Below, in pieces: positions 12,962-26,800 of a stretch of DNA of 64,000 nucleotides. Source of the stretch: Heteronotia binoei (Eukaryota); assembly GCF_032191835.1 (NCBI RefSeq), contig NC_083224.1, forward strand, positions 51,708,001-51,772,000, written 5' to 3'. The position numbers and the translations under genes were made by a program. The notes under the pieces are model-generated. The model made no database searches. It was not told the DNA's origin and worked only from the letters and a program-made list of their open reading frames with translations. How positions within the stretch are numbered: the stretch's first letter is position 1; every line of letters begins with the position of its first letter.

Positions 12962-15900
12962 GAATCAATAGTGTGTGGAGGATTATATAATAGGATTATA
13001 TAAACTCCCAGAAAGTATTTCTTAAGGCTGGTGGCCATGTACTCTATTTAAACTTTAAGCTTTGAAATTAGGCTTGCCAGTCCTCAGGTCTGGGTGGGGG
13101 TTCCCCCAGCTTTTCAGCCTCTCCTACCCACCAGCGAGCTGGCCAGCAGGGGGAAACCCCACCCCAACAGCCACCATGTGCCTTCAAAGATTTAGAAGAG
13201 GCTTACAGCTGTTTGTGTTTCTGAATGCGTGTGTGCCTTTAAATCTCAAAATGAAAGCTGCAGGAGGGCGGGGCAAGCAGACAGAGCCAAGTTGCTCTCA
13301 GTTCCTCTGTTTTCAGCAAAACTCCACATCCTAGGCTGTTGTTTCATTTTCCTATTAGTCTGAAGAAGTTGGTTGACATACAGCAGATGGTAATATTCAG
13401 CAATGTGAATAAATTGTCCCAGTGAGATCACAAAATTGTGTGCTTGCTAACTGTTTCTTATGGCTTCTTTGGCTGTGTGTACTCACTTTCATTTAGTGAA
13501 AGTTTAGCTGCTGGGGGATGAGGAAATGAAGAGTGTGTTCAGGGGAACTGCATTGCTGTATTTTTATTTACTTTAGGGAATGGGAAACTCCTTGCTCCAC
13601 CCCCAAAGTCCCCAGATATTTTCTGAGTTGGACCTAGCAATCTTATTTGAAATTGTATAGACTGCATTCCTGCTGAGTGAGTCTCAGCCCAATAATTTAT
13701 GTGCCTCTCAGTGGTTGGTGATGGCAAGCAGTTGCTGAAGATTGATGACTGGTGGATCATTGGAAAAAAGAAGAAGGTAAAGAGAAGAGGAGAGAGCAAC
13801 AAGAAGAAGTGCTTTTGACCTAGGCCCCTGTGACTTAGTTTGAATGAACAGAAAGAACTGAACTCACTTGATCTGATATTTATTTACTCTGATACTGATG
13901 AGAGGGGCCACAGTTAGCCAGTTTGGGAGTGTCCTAACCCAAAACAGACTAGGATGGACTTTTTTCTTCCCTCTTTGACTCCCCAGTCACATTTACAAAT
14001 AGGTTTGTTCCCTTGATGTCAGAAACACTCCCTGCTTATGTTGTAGTTTGCTCTTACCAAGCAGCAACAAGAAAGGTATGAAGGACTTGAAGGTAAAATG
14101 TATTGGAAGAATTCAGATTAATGTAATAGATACTATGCAAAAATGAAAAAAAATCAAATGTCCCTAATAATCAAGGAATATCTTTATAATAAATAATTTC
14201 CAATTGAAAATAAGCTAATGGGGGGACCTTACTTTTACCTGCAAATGTCACGCTCAGTCCCCTTCCTTTGCCTCAGCTTACATTCTACTGGATCACTATC
14301 AGGCAGCAGATTGTTCATTGACCTGTTTGAACATAGGCAAGCTAATCTGGATGCACCTGTTTACATTACTACACTTTCTTTCATCTGCCCTCCTCCACCC
14401 AGTCTGCCACTGCTGCTGCCTCTATTTTTATAAAAGGTTCATAGTTAAAAGTAAAAATAGCCATCTGATTTTTTATTTAAACTTACTACTTAGGTGCCAG
14501 TGTGTTTTCAGTGCCTGCTCCAAAGTCAGTGTGATGCTCTAGGATTCGCAGTAAAAACTCTAAGGTACCATAGAGTTTTACTGCAAATCCTAGAGCATCA
14601 CTGGCGTGATGTGCCCAGCATCAGCACTTCTGGATGATGTCATCATGTAGGGCATGTCGCTTGGTGATGGGGGCAGGGATTCTCATGGCAACCTGCTCCA
14701 TGCCGGCAGGTTGGGGTCCTTACAGCCTGGGCCATCCAGGTCAGGGTTGTTTTAGCTCCTAGACAAACTTTTGAGAACTTTGGTTGACCCCGTTGATCGG
14801 AGAGCTGATCCTTTTGCAATGCAGCTCATTGCTCCATGTTCACTTCTCACATACTATCATACTGCAGTTCCTGCAACAGACTGTGGCTGGCCAATGGCTT
14901 TCTACAGCCCTGGAGTTTGATGTTTTTGCTCCGGCTGGGTCCGGGGCTGTTCTGCCAGTCTGTCAGGCAAGCCTGGACCTCTTGTTTCAGGAACCTCCCA
15001 TTCTTTGGGAGTATGGGGGTGAAGGGAGTCCCCTTTCATATTTTAGATCACTCTGGGTTCTCTATTTGTACATGCTGGATCCAGCATCTCATCACCTGGC
15101 AACGGTCCTTTCCTAGCAACAGAGGAAAAAAGCAAGGGGGGGGGAGAGCAAGGGGAGAGGGCTGCAGCTGAGGAAGAGAAAGAGTAGGAGGCTTTCACTG
15201 GAGGCATCACTGTGGATCCAAAGGTATGTCTGACTTGCTGCTAAAGCTGCATACATTTCTGTTCTTATGCTGTGCTTGGTTAAATGAATGCTGAACTGTA
15301 TTGAATGCAGGGAATGCACTGCATAAGTATGCCCTTTTCCTTGATAGTGAAGGAATGTACCTGTGGTCACGGGGTAGGCTTTAGTTCCCTAAGAATAAAC
15401 CCACCTCTAGGACTCTCCGTGTATCCCAGTGTGGGCCTCAGTGCTCAGGATTGGATAAGGTGGTGCTTTGTAGGTTGTTCCCTAGCACAAGGGATATGTG
15501 ATGCCTTTCTAAAATCTTGCACAAACCAGCAAACAAGTAGAAATGGGAGCTGTTCGACTTTTGAAATAATAACTCTAGAGCATGAAACAGACCAGGCCTG
15601 CCAAGGACCAGAGCCATTACTCTTAAGACAGGTTGTTGGGAAAAGAGGATGTTGAACAGAGGAGAAAAATGCAACTTCCCCAGTTCCCTGAAGAATCAAC
15701 TTCTGCACTGCTCAGCAAGAAATAGAGGGAATGGAATCCTTTCATCCACCCGGGGATCCTGCTGGGGGTGAGGGGGGGAAAGTCCCCTTGAAAACTGGCT
15801 GACTGCTAAAGAGGATCAAGCACAAAACAGAGGGGAGAAGCTGCATCCTGGCAATAACTGGTTTTGCCAAAGCACAGGCTGAACTGAAAACTGCAGTGAT

Positions 15901-17529
15901 GATGAAGTGTTTGAATCAGTGCAGTGACAACACAGGAGACAGCAGCATATCCTCTGCTGAAGCTCAGTGTAGGAGAGGGACAGTGCTTAGCAGGCGTGCA
16001 GAATTCTGCTGGTGTCGCTTGGCTAACTGTCTTGTGAGAAGACCTTGACATGAGATAGCCAAGAAGGTAGACTTAGGACTGTGCCAGGTATTCACACATC
16101 TCAGTTTGAGGGCTGAAAATGTAGTTGTGGGAGGGGCAAAATATTCCTCAAGCTACTTAAACTGAGAAAAGAGACCATTACCTTTGATGCTTAGATTCCC
16201 TTGTCTTCTCTGGCTTAGCTGCCTCTGTTTTTTACCTATTAGGGCTTCTTTCTCCATGTTCTGATCCCAGCCATCCAGTGATCACATGATAACTTCACAT
16301 CACTACATACACAACCAGATTTAGGTATGTGAATCACCTCTTATCCTCTTTCTGCACAGGCGAACACTTTATGCCACTTTTGTCCTTGCCAAAAGAACAG
16401 GGCAGTTTTTTGCGGCTGCTAAAAGTGCTACCTTGGGGCTTGGAGCATCACTCTTCAGCTGTGTTACATTCATCAAAGCCTAAGAACTTATCTAAAATTT
16501 GGCTGTTATCTATTAAGCAAAATGATGTGGGTTCTTTGGTCATTGACTTATGGTATATTTCATTCAAACAAAGCCAAGGTCTTAATACACAGACTGTATC
16601 CAATCCAGTTGTCATCTTTGAGGATAAGATGTGCTCTGTTTGTGCCTGCAGCTCTGTATTGAAATCTCCTGTCCAATCACTCCATCTCCTTTAACAGCAG
16701 ATTGTGCCTACTGATCTTAATATATGTAGTACTTTAATAAACAAAAAGATAAATCCCTGCCTCAAGGACCTTACAGTCATATCTGTCTCTTTAAAATACA
16801 CAAGGGGGACCTGCAAGAACAAACTGAGGTAAATCCGCAAACTGAGCACTATGGCATTTGTATTTGAGGTTAGCTACTGAGACAGTGCCGAATGAAACAC
16901 TACTGAGCAATCCTAACACCCGGTGCTACTCCTTTCTGGATTCCAGTAAGCTGTACCACTCATGCGTTCCTGTTTCAAGATAGGATGCAGCCACCCCAAA
17001 CAGATGTGATATACTGTGGTGCTAGAACAGTAGGAGGGGGGGGAGGTTTCAGTGCTGGTTGAGAAATTCGCAGTGCTGAATATAATAGCCCCTGTCAAAC
17101 TGTTAGAAGCTCTCCTACCTTGATGGGGGTTAATTTGGATAAAAGTTAGCACTTCAATCCTAATTAAGCACTTTAAAGTAACTCTTTTGCTGCAAGAGGC
17201 TACAGTGACCCTAAGAGCTTGAAGGACTTGGACAGGGTAGTTATTGGGACAGAGGAATACATGGCTGATGACTCACTTCCTCCAGTTTCAGTTCCCTCTC
17301 TGCATTAGGTGCTGGACTGCAAGGAAGCAATAGACAAACCATCTACTTCCCAGGCCTCCAGCTTGTGCCTGTGCTCTGCTGTCAGGCTGCCAGGGCTCAA
17401 TGACAGCAAGAGGGTTGGTAGGGATGCCAGCTCCCAAATGGAGCCTGGGGAGTCTCCTGGAATTACAGCTCATCCCCAGACTATAGAGATCAATTCCCTT
17501 GGAGAAAATGGACAGTTTGGAAGGTGGAC

Positions 17530-17765
17530 TAAGAACATAAGAGAAGCCACGTTGGATCAGGCCACTCTGTATCACACAGTGGCCAAAAAAAAACAGGTGC
17601 TATCAGGAGGTCCATCAGTGGGGCCAGGACACTAGAAGCCCTCCCACTGTGCCTCCCCCCCAAGCACCAAGATTACAGAGCATCACTGCCCCAGAAAGAG
17701 AGTTCCAACAATATGCTGTGGCTAATAACCACTTATGGACCTCAGCTCAATGACCTCTGCTCTAT
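17530..17765 (-). mobile_element. CR1 3' fragment inserted within a TAGGGTTGCC-family MITE
   Basis: The aagaacataagagaagcc tail is shared with the CR1 at 27757. MITE halves lie at ~17420-17525 and ~17765-17845. Confidence 0.65.
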
Positions 17766-20700
17766 GAAGCCCACTCCCCTCCCCAAACCCCACCCTGCAC
17801 CCCCAAAATCGTCAAGTATTTCTCAGCCTGTATCTGGCAACCCTACTCTCCAAACACCTACTGTACATAATTAACTGATACTTTACAACTATTTAAAACA
17901 AATAATTGGAATAAAAACATCATAAAGCAACAAGGAATACTCTATGATGATATGATACAGTCTGCAGGGTCGAAGCAGACTTTATTATTATTTTTTTTTT
18001 AAGATCAGATTTCTCAGTTAAAAGCCTGGGAGAAGCAAAATGTTTTGGCCAGGCATCTAAAAGACAGTAAGGCAAATGTCAGTCAAACTGCCAGGGGGGG
18101 AAGAGGGCATTTCAAAGGTGAGGTGTCGCCACTGAAAATGTCCTGTCTCTTGTCACCACCTACTTCATTTCTGAGGGCACAGAGAGCAGGGCTTTGGGGG
18201 AAAGAACCTGCAAGCTGAACAGTCACTGGCACACATGACCATGTTTGAAACCACATGTGATTACTCTTTACAACAAGCACCTAAATCTCTACTTGTTACG
18301 AGAGTAAAAATAGCTAGTGCAAATGCTCTTCAATGTACTTCTTTAGGCTAATTTGATCTTTGGTGAATTGAAAACCAGACCTTTGAACCCAGCTGTAAAT
18401 CTTGTCCCTTCCCAGTAAAATTTCTTTCACACACAGAGTGAGAGATACACACACACACACACTGCTGCCACCAGATCTGAAACGGTACTTGGGTATTAAC
18501 TCCAGATGCAAACTATCTTGTTCAAAGTGGTCCTCAGAATGCCAAGCCTCGGTTCCTTCCCAAATGAGGTTTACCTTTCAGCAGGATGTGGTGGGTTTGA
18601 TGAAGAATCCACGTGGGGGCCTTTGAGATAATGATTAAATATTTCTACAGCCATCAGCAGACGCTGCAGCTACACTTGCTTACTGGAATGAACATTGAAA
18701 GGCTTATTAATCCTCAGGTTTCAGGTCATAAGATGAGAACCAGCTGTGCCAGGAAGAAATCTGCTCCATGCTTGAGGCTCTGCAATTAGGTGATTACAGG
18801 AGCTTTATGTCTCCTGGGAAGCATACAGCATTGGCCACAGTCAGAGCCAGAGAGCAGGTCATGTGGAGGAGATGGGCCACTAACTGTAGACTAGCCGACC
18901 CATTGTTGATGGGGAGTATGCTGGTTTGGAGGGTTTGGAGGCCACCTTGCTTTATTGCTGCATGAATCTTGTTGCTGACATTGCAGTTGTGATAGCGCCA
19001 TAATAAATTGGAGTAATAATGAAATGTAATTACAGTTATGATTATTACTTTATAATTAGAATGTTTGTTATAAAATGGCAGTAGGGACAGACTGCTAATA
19101 GTGCCGGTGGATTAATTCCCAGCGTCTTTGTGCTGCCCAACATTTCCGGAGAGCCTTTTTTGGCCCTTCTGAGTTGTAATGATGCTGGCTTGCATGGCCT
19201 TTTGCCAACAGCCAAAACCCACTGCACTTCCCGCTGCCCAGCTAACCATTCCACTCCCAGAGCTTTTTAAATATTTCAAATAGGACTGCAATGTTTAGTT
19301 GAAAAATTGGTTCAATTAATCTTTTTTTAAAAAATTGTGATTGATTAAAAATATGCCTTTTATTAATCAGTCAACATTCTTTTTTAAAAAAGCTTTTTTC
19401 TTTCTAACAAAGAACCATGAATTGCAGCTTACAATCTTAGCATTTCCCTTTTGTACAAGGCAGAAGGTAGAAAGCTTCTCTTAGGATGGCACCTGTCATC
19501 TGTGCTTTATGTATGAGGAAATATCTCTTCTGCAAAGGTGTTTTTGTGTGACATGTGTACATACCTGAAAATGAGGAAACAATACTTCTTTTCCCCTAGA
19601 ATTTTTGTTTTATTTCAATGCAAATTTATGGGTATTTACATATATAAAACTTTATTGCATTAGCTCATAGCCCCAGCAAATGACACTGGGAGAAAACTAC
19701 AACTCAGACAATATAAACAATACAGACCATCTTGGTGTGAATTAATATGCTTATTTAAACAGCTGATTAATTGACTACATTTTTATTCCCCTTTTCATCA
19801 GGTTGCAGGTCTAATATCAAGAGAACAAGGAAGTGGTTGTGTGTTCATTATCTTGCTCAGATGCTGCTCAATGTGTGTGACTGGGGGACAGCTGAATGAT
19901 AATTTATCCAAAGCCAAACAGTGCAATTCAGTCTTGGGGAACTCCATCACCTTGCACAAATTCATGCTCTGTTTGTAGAACTCCTGCAAGAAGAAGAAAA
20001 ATGAATTCAATGGATCTCCTATCAGGAGAAGAGAGAAGTGGTGAGATCAGTTCCAAGAACCCCTTCCTCTCCAGGTATAATATAGTGGATTCTTAGGCAT
20101 TGAAGAGGTGAGGTAGTAGTGATAACAAGCTCTTTATTAAGTACAGCATGGTGGGTGGCTGCACTAACGCAACTGGTGAATGGGGCACACTGGGCCAAAT
20201 ATATAACTGCTAGCACGTTATTGGATCATTCAAACCAGCAGGGGGGCTGTGATTGGAGCTGGGCAGTTTGGATTTGGATCTTATTGCCCATTGTTCCTAA
20301 GTCCCCAAGCTCAGTCCTTCAGGCTCTGATGAGCCATGCAGGAACACCATTTGGTAACACATTCACATACATAACACCAGGCTTCTGAGGTGCAGGGACT
20401 AGGATGCAAATGGGGACCAGGGGACCAGATGAGTAAAAAGGTCTAGAGGCCAAGACAAAAGGCCATAGAATAATAGGTGTTCTAATTCCACAATCTTCAG
20501 TTTTGCATAAACTATAATTTAGTTATTCTGCAACACCCACTGCCAAATCCTTTTAAATGGATGCCAGCAATTGAACCTTCCCCATGCCAAGCAGAGGCTC
20601 TGCCACTGAACCATGGTCACTCCCCAACTCTCATAAATTCCTTTCCATGCACGCGCACGCACACACACACCATTTTTAAAGATTAAGAATAAAGCATGGA

Positions 20701-20952
20701 CCATTGTGTCTGGTTATTTGGGATACCTTTAAGTTTATTCTGTCTGAAGATGTAGATAGGATCCTTGGAGGTTTGAGGCTTATCACCTGCTTGTATGACC
20801 CTTGCTGCTTCTGGTGAATTAAATGTTCCAGGGAGATGGGGAGGTCTGGTTGACTGAGTCCCAGCGTTAGTTAATGCACTTTGTGTTGCACTCACTTCTA
20901 AAGAAGCCCATCCTGGACCCAGGAGTTCTGAATAACTATCAACCAGTCTCAA

Positions 20953-22002
20953 ATGGGAGGGGCAGCAAATACAGTAGAAGACAGAGTCAGGATACAGGTT
21001 GATCTTGACAGTCTAGAAAGCTGGGCTAAAACAAATAAAATGAATTTTAATGGGGATAAATGAAAAGTTCTTCATTTAGGTAGGAAAAATCCAATGCATA
21101 ATGGTAGGATGGGGGAGACTTGTCTTGGCAGTAGTATGTGTGAAAACAATCTAGGGGTCTTAGCATGAGTCAGCAGTGTGATGCAGTAGCTAGACAGTCT
21201 AATGCAATTTTGAGTTGTATCAACAGAAATATAGTTTCCAAGTCACATGAAATAATGGCGTCACTTTCCTCTGCTCTGGTCAGACCTCACCAGCAGAATT
21301 GTGTTCAGTTTTGGGCAACACAATTTATGAAGGATATACACAAGCTGGAACGTGTCCAGAGAAGAGCAATGAAGATGGTGAGGGGCTTGGAGACCAAGTT
21401 GTATGAAGAAGGGTTGAAAGAGTTTGGTATGTTTAGCCTGGAGAGGAGACAACTGAGAGGTGATATGGTCACCATCTTTAAGTACTTGAAGGGTTGTCAT
21501 ATAAAGAATGGTGTGGAACCCCATTTCTGTTGCCCCAGAAGGTCAGACCAGAACCAGCAGGTTGAAATTAAAAGAGTTTCCAGCTAAACATTAGGAAGAA
21601 CTTCCTGACAGAGTGGCTCCTCAATGGAACAGGCTTCTGTGGGAGGTGGTGGACCTCTCCTTCTTTGGAACTTTTTAACTTTGGAACTTTGGAACAGCAA
21701 TGCTGATTCTATGAATTTAGGCAGATTATGGGAAGGAGGGCAGGAAGGGTTGCATCAGTGCTTAGTTTTTATGGCCCTTTCTTGCATGCCTGGGGAAATG
21801 CTGATTTCCACTTTGGGGTCAGAAAGCAATTTTCTCCAGATCAGTTTGGCCAGGGATCTTGGAGGTTTTTTGTTATCTTCTGGACATGGAGCAGGGGGTA
21901 CTGGATGTGTACATGTTGTGGGGGAGGTATTTGTGAATTTCTTGCATTGTGTTGGGGGTTGGACTAGATGACCTTGGAGGTACCTTCCAACTCTATGATT
22001 CT
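20953..22002 (+). mobile_element. CR1 LINE 3' portion (RT C-terminus plus 3' UTR)
   Basis: ORF 21165-21587 has the CR1 motifs ALVRPHQQNCVQFWA and LERRQLRGDM. Ends in ttccaactctatgattct. Confidence 0.88.
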
Positions 22003-22116
22003 TTTGCAAGGTGATTTAATTGGTGGAAGTTGGGCAACTTCAAGCCCTCCTGGATTAGGCAAATTGTTTAGTTCTAGGTATAATTTAAGGTGCTTCTGCT
22101 AACAAATCCCTATATG

Positions 22117-22326
22117 TAGGGCTGTCGACCTCCAGTTGACACCTGGAGATCTCCCATTATTACACTTGATATCCAGATGACCAAGATCAGTTTCTCTGGA
22201 GAAAATGGCTGCTTTGGAGGGTGGAATCTATGGGATTGTACCCTGCTGAGGTCCATCCCCTCCCTAAGCCCTAGCCTCCACCCTCAAAATCTCCCAGTAC
22301 TTCCCAATCCAGAGCTGTCAACCCTA
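22117..22326. mobile_element. hAT MITE (TAGGGTTGCC family)
   Basis: TAGGGCTGTC...GTCAACCCTA ends. 8-bp TSD CCTATATG / CCAATATG (7/8 match). Confidence 0.82.
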
Positions 22327-24447
22327 CCAATATGGTTTGAGATTAACATAATTGAAGGACTCAGATTAAACAGCTGGCAACCCAGAAGGGAGCCTTCTTA
22401 GTAGTGACACCAAAATTCTAGAACTCGCTTCCCAGGGAAATTTGCCTTTCCCCTTCGATTGCTATCTTCCCCCAGTGAGTGAAGACCTTTGTTTGTTTGT
22501 TTCATTTGGCATTCCCTCAGTAATCCTGCCTTCTTCCGCAATGTTTTAACTGTTCTTTTTATCTTTTGTATTTCTTTTGAAATCTGATTTTAAATCGTGT
22601 TAATGGTGTATTTTTGTGTTAGTTTTAATGGCTTTTAAGATGAGATTTTAATTTGTATGTTTTAATTTGTTAGTCCCCTTGGTGGCCATATGAAGGAAGA
22701 AAAATGAACTGCCACTTGAAACACTAACATCATAAATTACTTTACATGCTTTGCAGGAGGACAGATCATTCTAATGATATTTTGGTGTTACTGTTCTAAC
22801 CCATCTTTCCTTCAGGAAGCTCAGGGCAGGGTGCCTGGTTTTCCCTTGCCTATTTTATCCTCACAGTACTATGAGCCTGGTTAGGCTGAGAGGGTGTAAG
22901 TGGCCAAGGTCATCTGTGAATTTCCTGTGAAGCCAATCCCTGCCCAAAAGATACCTAAATCACAGCACAGTTGTGATCACTCACTCAATCTCCAAGTGCA
23001 ACAATCACTTTTTGGCCTTAATGGGAACTTAATGGAGTATAACTAGAGTGAGCATCTTAAATATTCTGTCATCTGAGGTCATTGTCAAGCCGCTTAGTGT
23101 GGGTTCACCCCCCCCCTTTATTTACTGTTAGGCTTGCAAGGTCAGCAAAAGCCCGCAGGCCATCTCTCTCTTTCTTTCTTGCTCACAACAAAGATTATTT
23201 TAGCGCCTTGCAAGCTTTTTCCAAGCAACGCAAGAAGAGGTAGAGATTCTGCCTGCTCTTTGCCCAAAGCTGCTTTCTAAACCGCAGGGTTTTTGCTTCT
23301 TTTTCTTCTTCTTCAAAAAAGTGGGTTTATTTTGATATAGATGAAAGCACTCTGAATGCTATGTGCTTTTGTCTGGTGTACTATTTCTCTCTATTTGGAC
23401 AGGCTAGAGAAACAAACACAACTTGGCACACACAGCAGCAGATTGTCTTCTTCCTCACTACCAAACTGGTTTTCAGTATCCTTCTTTCAGAAATGAAGAC
23501 AGAAATTGGTATGTTGCAAAAACAAATAGATGTGGCTATTTGGGAATGAGGTGGCCTCAGAAAAGCTGTCATGGCATGAGTCAGGATGAGACCATCAGAT
23601 TCACTCACTACTGTTCACAACAGCATTTGGCTTCAGCATATAGTTTACTGTGATTAAAGCTCCTTTTAAGCTTTGGAAATAGAAACATCCCCCGATCATC
23701 AGTGAGGTCAGTACTGTGAATGTAATACTTCTGTTCTCTAGTGTGTCAATGTTAGCATAGTAGGGAAATTTACTTTTTTTAAAAAAAGAAGAGATTATCA
23801 AAATGGAGCTTGCTAGCATCCTGTAATTATTGTGTAATGCACTTGCTGGATAGCCTGCACTTGGTATTATTGTGAGCTGTATTTTCTGAACCTCACATTT
23901 TGTTCATGATTGAAAATAGTTTTGGCCACTATAGTGCATTTTTGTTAACTGTAGTCTTTAAATATTGCATATTGTGTTTGGGACTGAAAACAGTTTGGCT
24001 ACTATAGGCATTTCCTCAAATTTTTATAAATCTAGTGTTTTGATGTGATATACCATATCTGGGCATGTGCAATATGTTTTAACATCCACTTAATTATGAA
24101 TTAAGGTGTTTCTCATTCTGGCCTTCCACAATACTCCCAATTTTCAAATTAGAAACCACTAGTACTTTCGTACTTTATAATGTGCGGTCATAGAGTTTTG
24201 TCCTCCCCTTCCTCGTGTTATTCCTGTTGTCGATAGGGAAATTCACTATTATAACAGCTTGAAATAAGATTACTGCTTACTTGAATCATCTAGACCAAGT
24301 TTCTCTACAAGAGACTTTTTATTGTTGTTGTTGTTGCTGTATTACTGCATTTGCCCTGTCTTTGTTGGTTACTCTCCTGGATAATATTGGCTGATTTATG
24401 AAGTGGAGTTACCAGATTTCCCCAGCGACTGACAGGGGTTGGGAAGG

Positions 24448-24659
24448 TAGGATTGCCAGCTCCAGGTGGGGGAACTCCTGACAATTTGGGGAGGTATCCT
24501 GGGGAGGACAGGGACCTCAGTGGGGTACAATGTGATAGAGTCCACGCGCCCCCCCCAAAAAAAATAATCTTTTTTTTTTTAGGGAAATGAATCTCTGTAA
24601 TCTGGAGGTCTTGTAATTCTGGGAGTTCCTCAAGTCCCACCTGGAGGCCAGCATCCCTA
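24448..24659. mobile_element. hAT MITE (TAGGGTTGCC family) without a TSD, abutting a perfect palindrome
   Basis: Ends taggattgccagc...gccagcatcccta. Body matches the copies at 12742 and 22117. Confidence 0.7.
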
Positions 24660-26800
24660 TTTATGAAGAGATGCTTAGATGCATCTCTTCATAAATAGGG
24701 AACTGAAACAAATATTCATAACTATTCAGAAATCCCTCCATTTTCCAATTGAACTTCTCTTTTGTTTTGCCTGGAAAATTTTGAAATAATAACAAATCAC
24801 ATTTTATATATTCAGAATCTGAATGCTTTAGGCTTCAGCTATGTAATCTCATACACTGATAACTATTAAAGCTGATTGCCATTACATAGTATCAATCAGA
24901 TGCCATCATATACTAAATACCACTTCATGCCTAATAGATCTGATGTTAAATAATACAGCATGGCAAATACTGACAAATATGAAACACCCATAGCTTTCTG
25001 TCTGGTTTTTCTCAGAGAACCCTGGATAAAGATTATCTGGGGTTCCTCAGCAGCAACAGCTGAAAGACAGATTGCCCACTTTTACTGATCTTCTATGGCA
25101 ATGCTTAGCTAGAGGAGAGTGTTGTGCATGTGAATCTTTCCACATAGGTTCTTTGCCTTAGGTTCAATGCTGTTAAGAAGCAAAATTTTCCATTTCCACA
25201 CAGCATTGTGATGCATTTGTGTGCCTCTTGGGGTTTCCCTGGCTTTTTTCCTGATCTTTCTCAGACCTGCTTTGCTGTAAAGTTTTGGGAAAGATTTCAG
25301 CAAAGCCCAGATGGCTGCCATGTGGGTTGTGTTTTCCCAGTTCTGCCTAGAGGGAAGTCATTTTCCCACCCTTGTCTAGTGTCTGGCCCTTGTTCTGGTG
25401 CCTGGCTCCACCACTGGGGGAGTTTTTTTTTAAATTAGCAATTGAATATTGTTGTAATGTTATAACAATATATACATCAGGCTCTCTGAATTCCCAGTTT
25501 TCATCTGTAGCCCTTTTTGTTGCAGAGAAATAAGGGGAAAGGCATATTTCTGTGACAAAATGGGCTAGATGCTTAATTTTTTTAAAATTGAAACTGGGAA
25601 TTCAATGATTCTCATAAACTGAGAAGGCCCTGAAGGCATGCAGGATGGCCTCAGTCCATGGAATGGGGTAGGGAAACTGTGGAGAAATCTTGAATGTGGG
25701 AGCCCCATTGCTGCTCTGACATATTGGCACAGCAGCATTGGGGAACCCTCACATGACTGTTCTCACATGCAAAACACCTTTGTGTTCTTGGACATGCTCT
25801 TTGTTCTGAGTAATTGATGGTAATATCCAATATGGCCTCATATGAACTGTGTGAACCCTAGAACTCTGCAACTCACAGGAATTCTGTGGCAGACCTGCAG
25901 AGGTTCCCTGGCATATATCAACATGGAAAATGTTCCCTGAAGTTTTGAAATGACTGCACCCTGCTATTGTGCTTCAGCTATCTAAATTGCCAAATCCTCG
26001 GCACCATTCAAATACAGCAAATTAACATCTTCTGACAAATACTAAAATTAAATACAGGGGGTGTCATGTATCTCACATTTGGAGAGTACTCAAGCAGTCG
26101 GAGAGTGCAGAGAACATTTGACAGCAAAATCTTCAGAGAAGGATTTTGGAGAAAATTGTAAATCTTAAGGAGGGGATTGAGTCCCTTTCAGCTCTATTGC
26201 TCTGAATTTTAAAACAGCCAAGCGAACACAGTAGGGCTAGGCACGTTCTCTTTATATAGAGCTGCTTTCTCATTTGGATGGGTCCCTGTTCTATAGCATC
26301 CTTGGCAAAATGGAGAATCTAGCCCTAATGAAAGCTAGTGGTTTAAAAAAATGCTCCTTGACATCAGATGGAAGCTGAACATGTAAGTGATATAGACAGC
26401 AAGTTGCAATGTTAGCAATTTCTTATGTGGCTGCTAAATCCACACCACATTTTACAAGAGATCCCTTTATGATGGTATCAGGAAGTTCAGGCAGCTGTCT
26501 ATGTATGCTTGTGTACTATATAATTGCATCGCTATATTAAAAAAAGACATTGATGCTGTTAGGTTTGGCATTTGCTTAATAAGTTTACAATATTGAAGTT
26601 GAACGGTGCATTTGTAAAAATTTTGTTGCAAAATTCGACACGATGCTGTATACTTTGTAAATTAAAGTTACATTTCAGGGAATAACCCTCCCAATTTTAA
26701 TTCCAGGAAAAGAAACTAAGCATACTTAAAATTTAATCTTAAATTGCTGAATTTGTAACAAAATTTATATTTTGAAACATGACAGGGGATCCATCAAAGA

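Noticed and set aside
12412-13038. 208-aa minus-strand ORF
   Set aside because: It runs across a SINE and a hAT MITE and has no domain signature, so it is a chance frame.
16329-16694. 121-aa plus-strand ORF after a strong acceptor (tcctctttctgcacag)
   Set aside because: No recognisable protein features and no partner exons. Probably a pseudo-exon.
23403-23508. Plus-strand exon-like segment with good acceptor and gtatgt donor
   Set aside because: It is isolated. It shows that convincing pseudo-exons occur on both strands here, which is why the minus-strand chains get low confidence.
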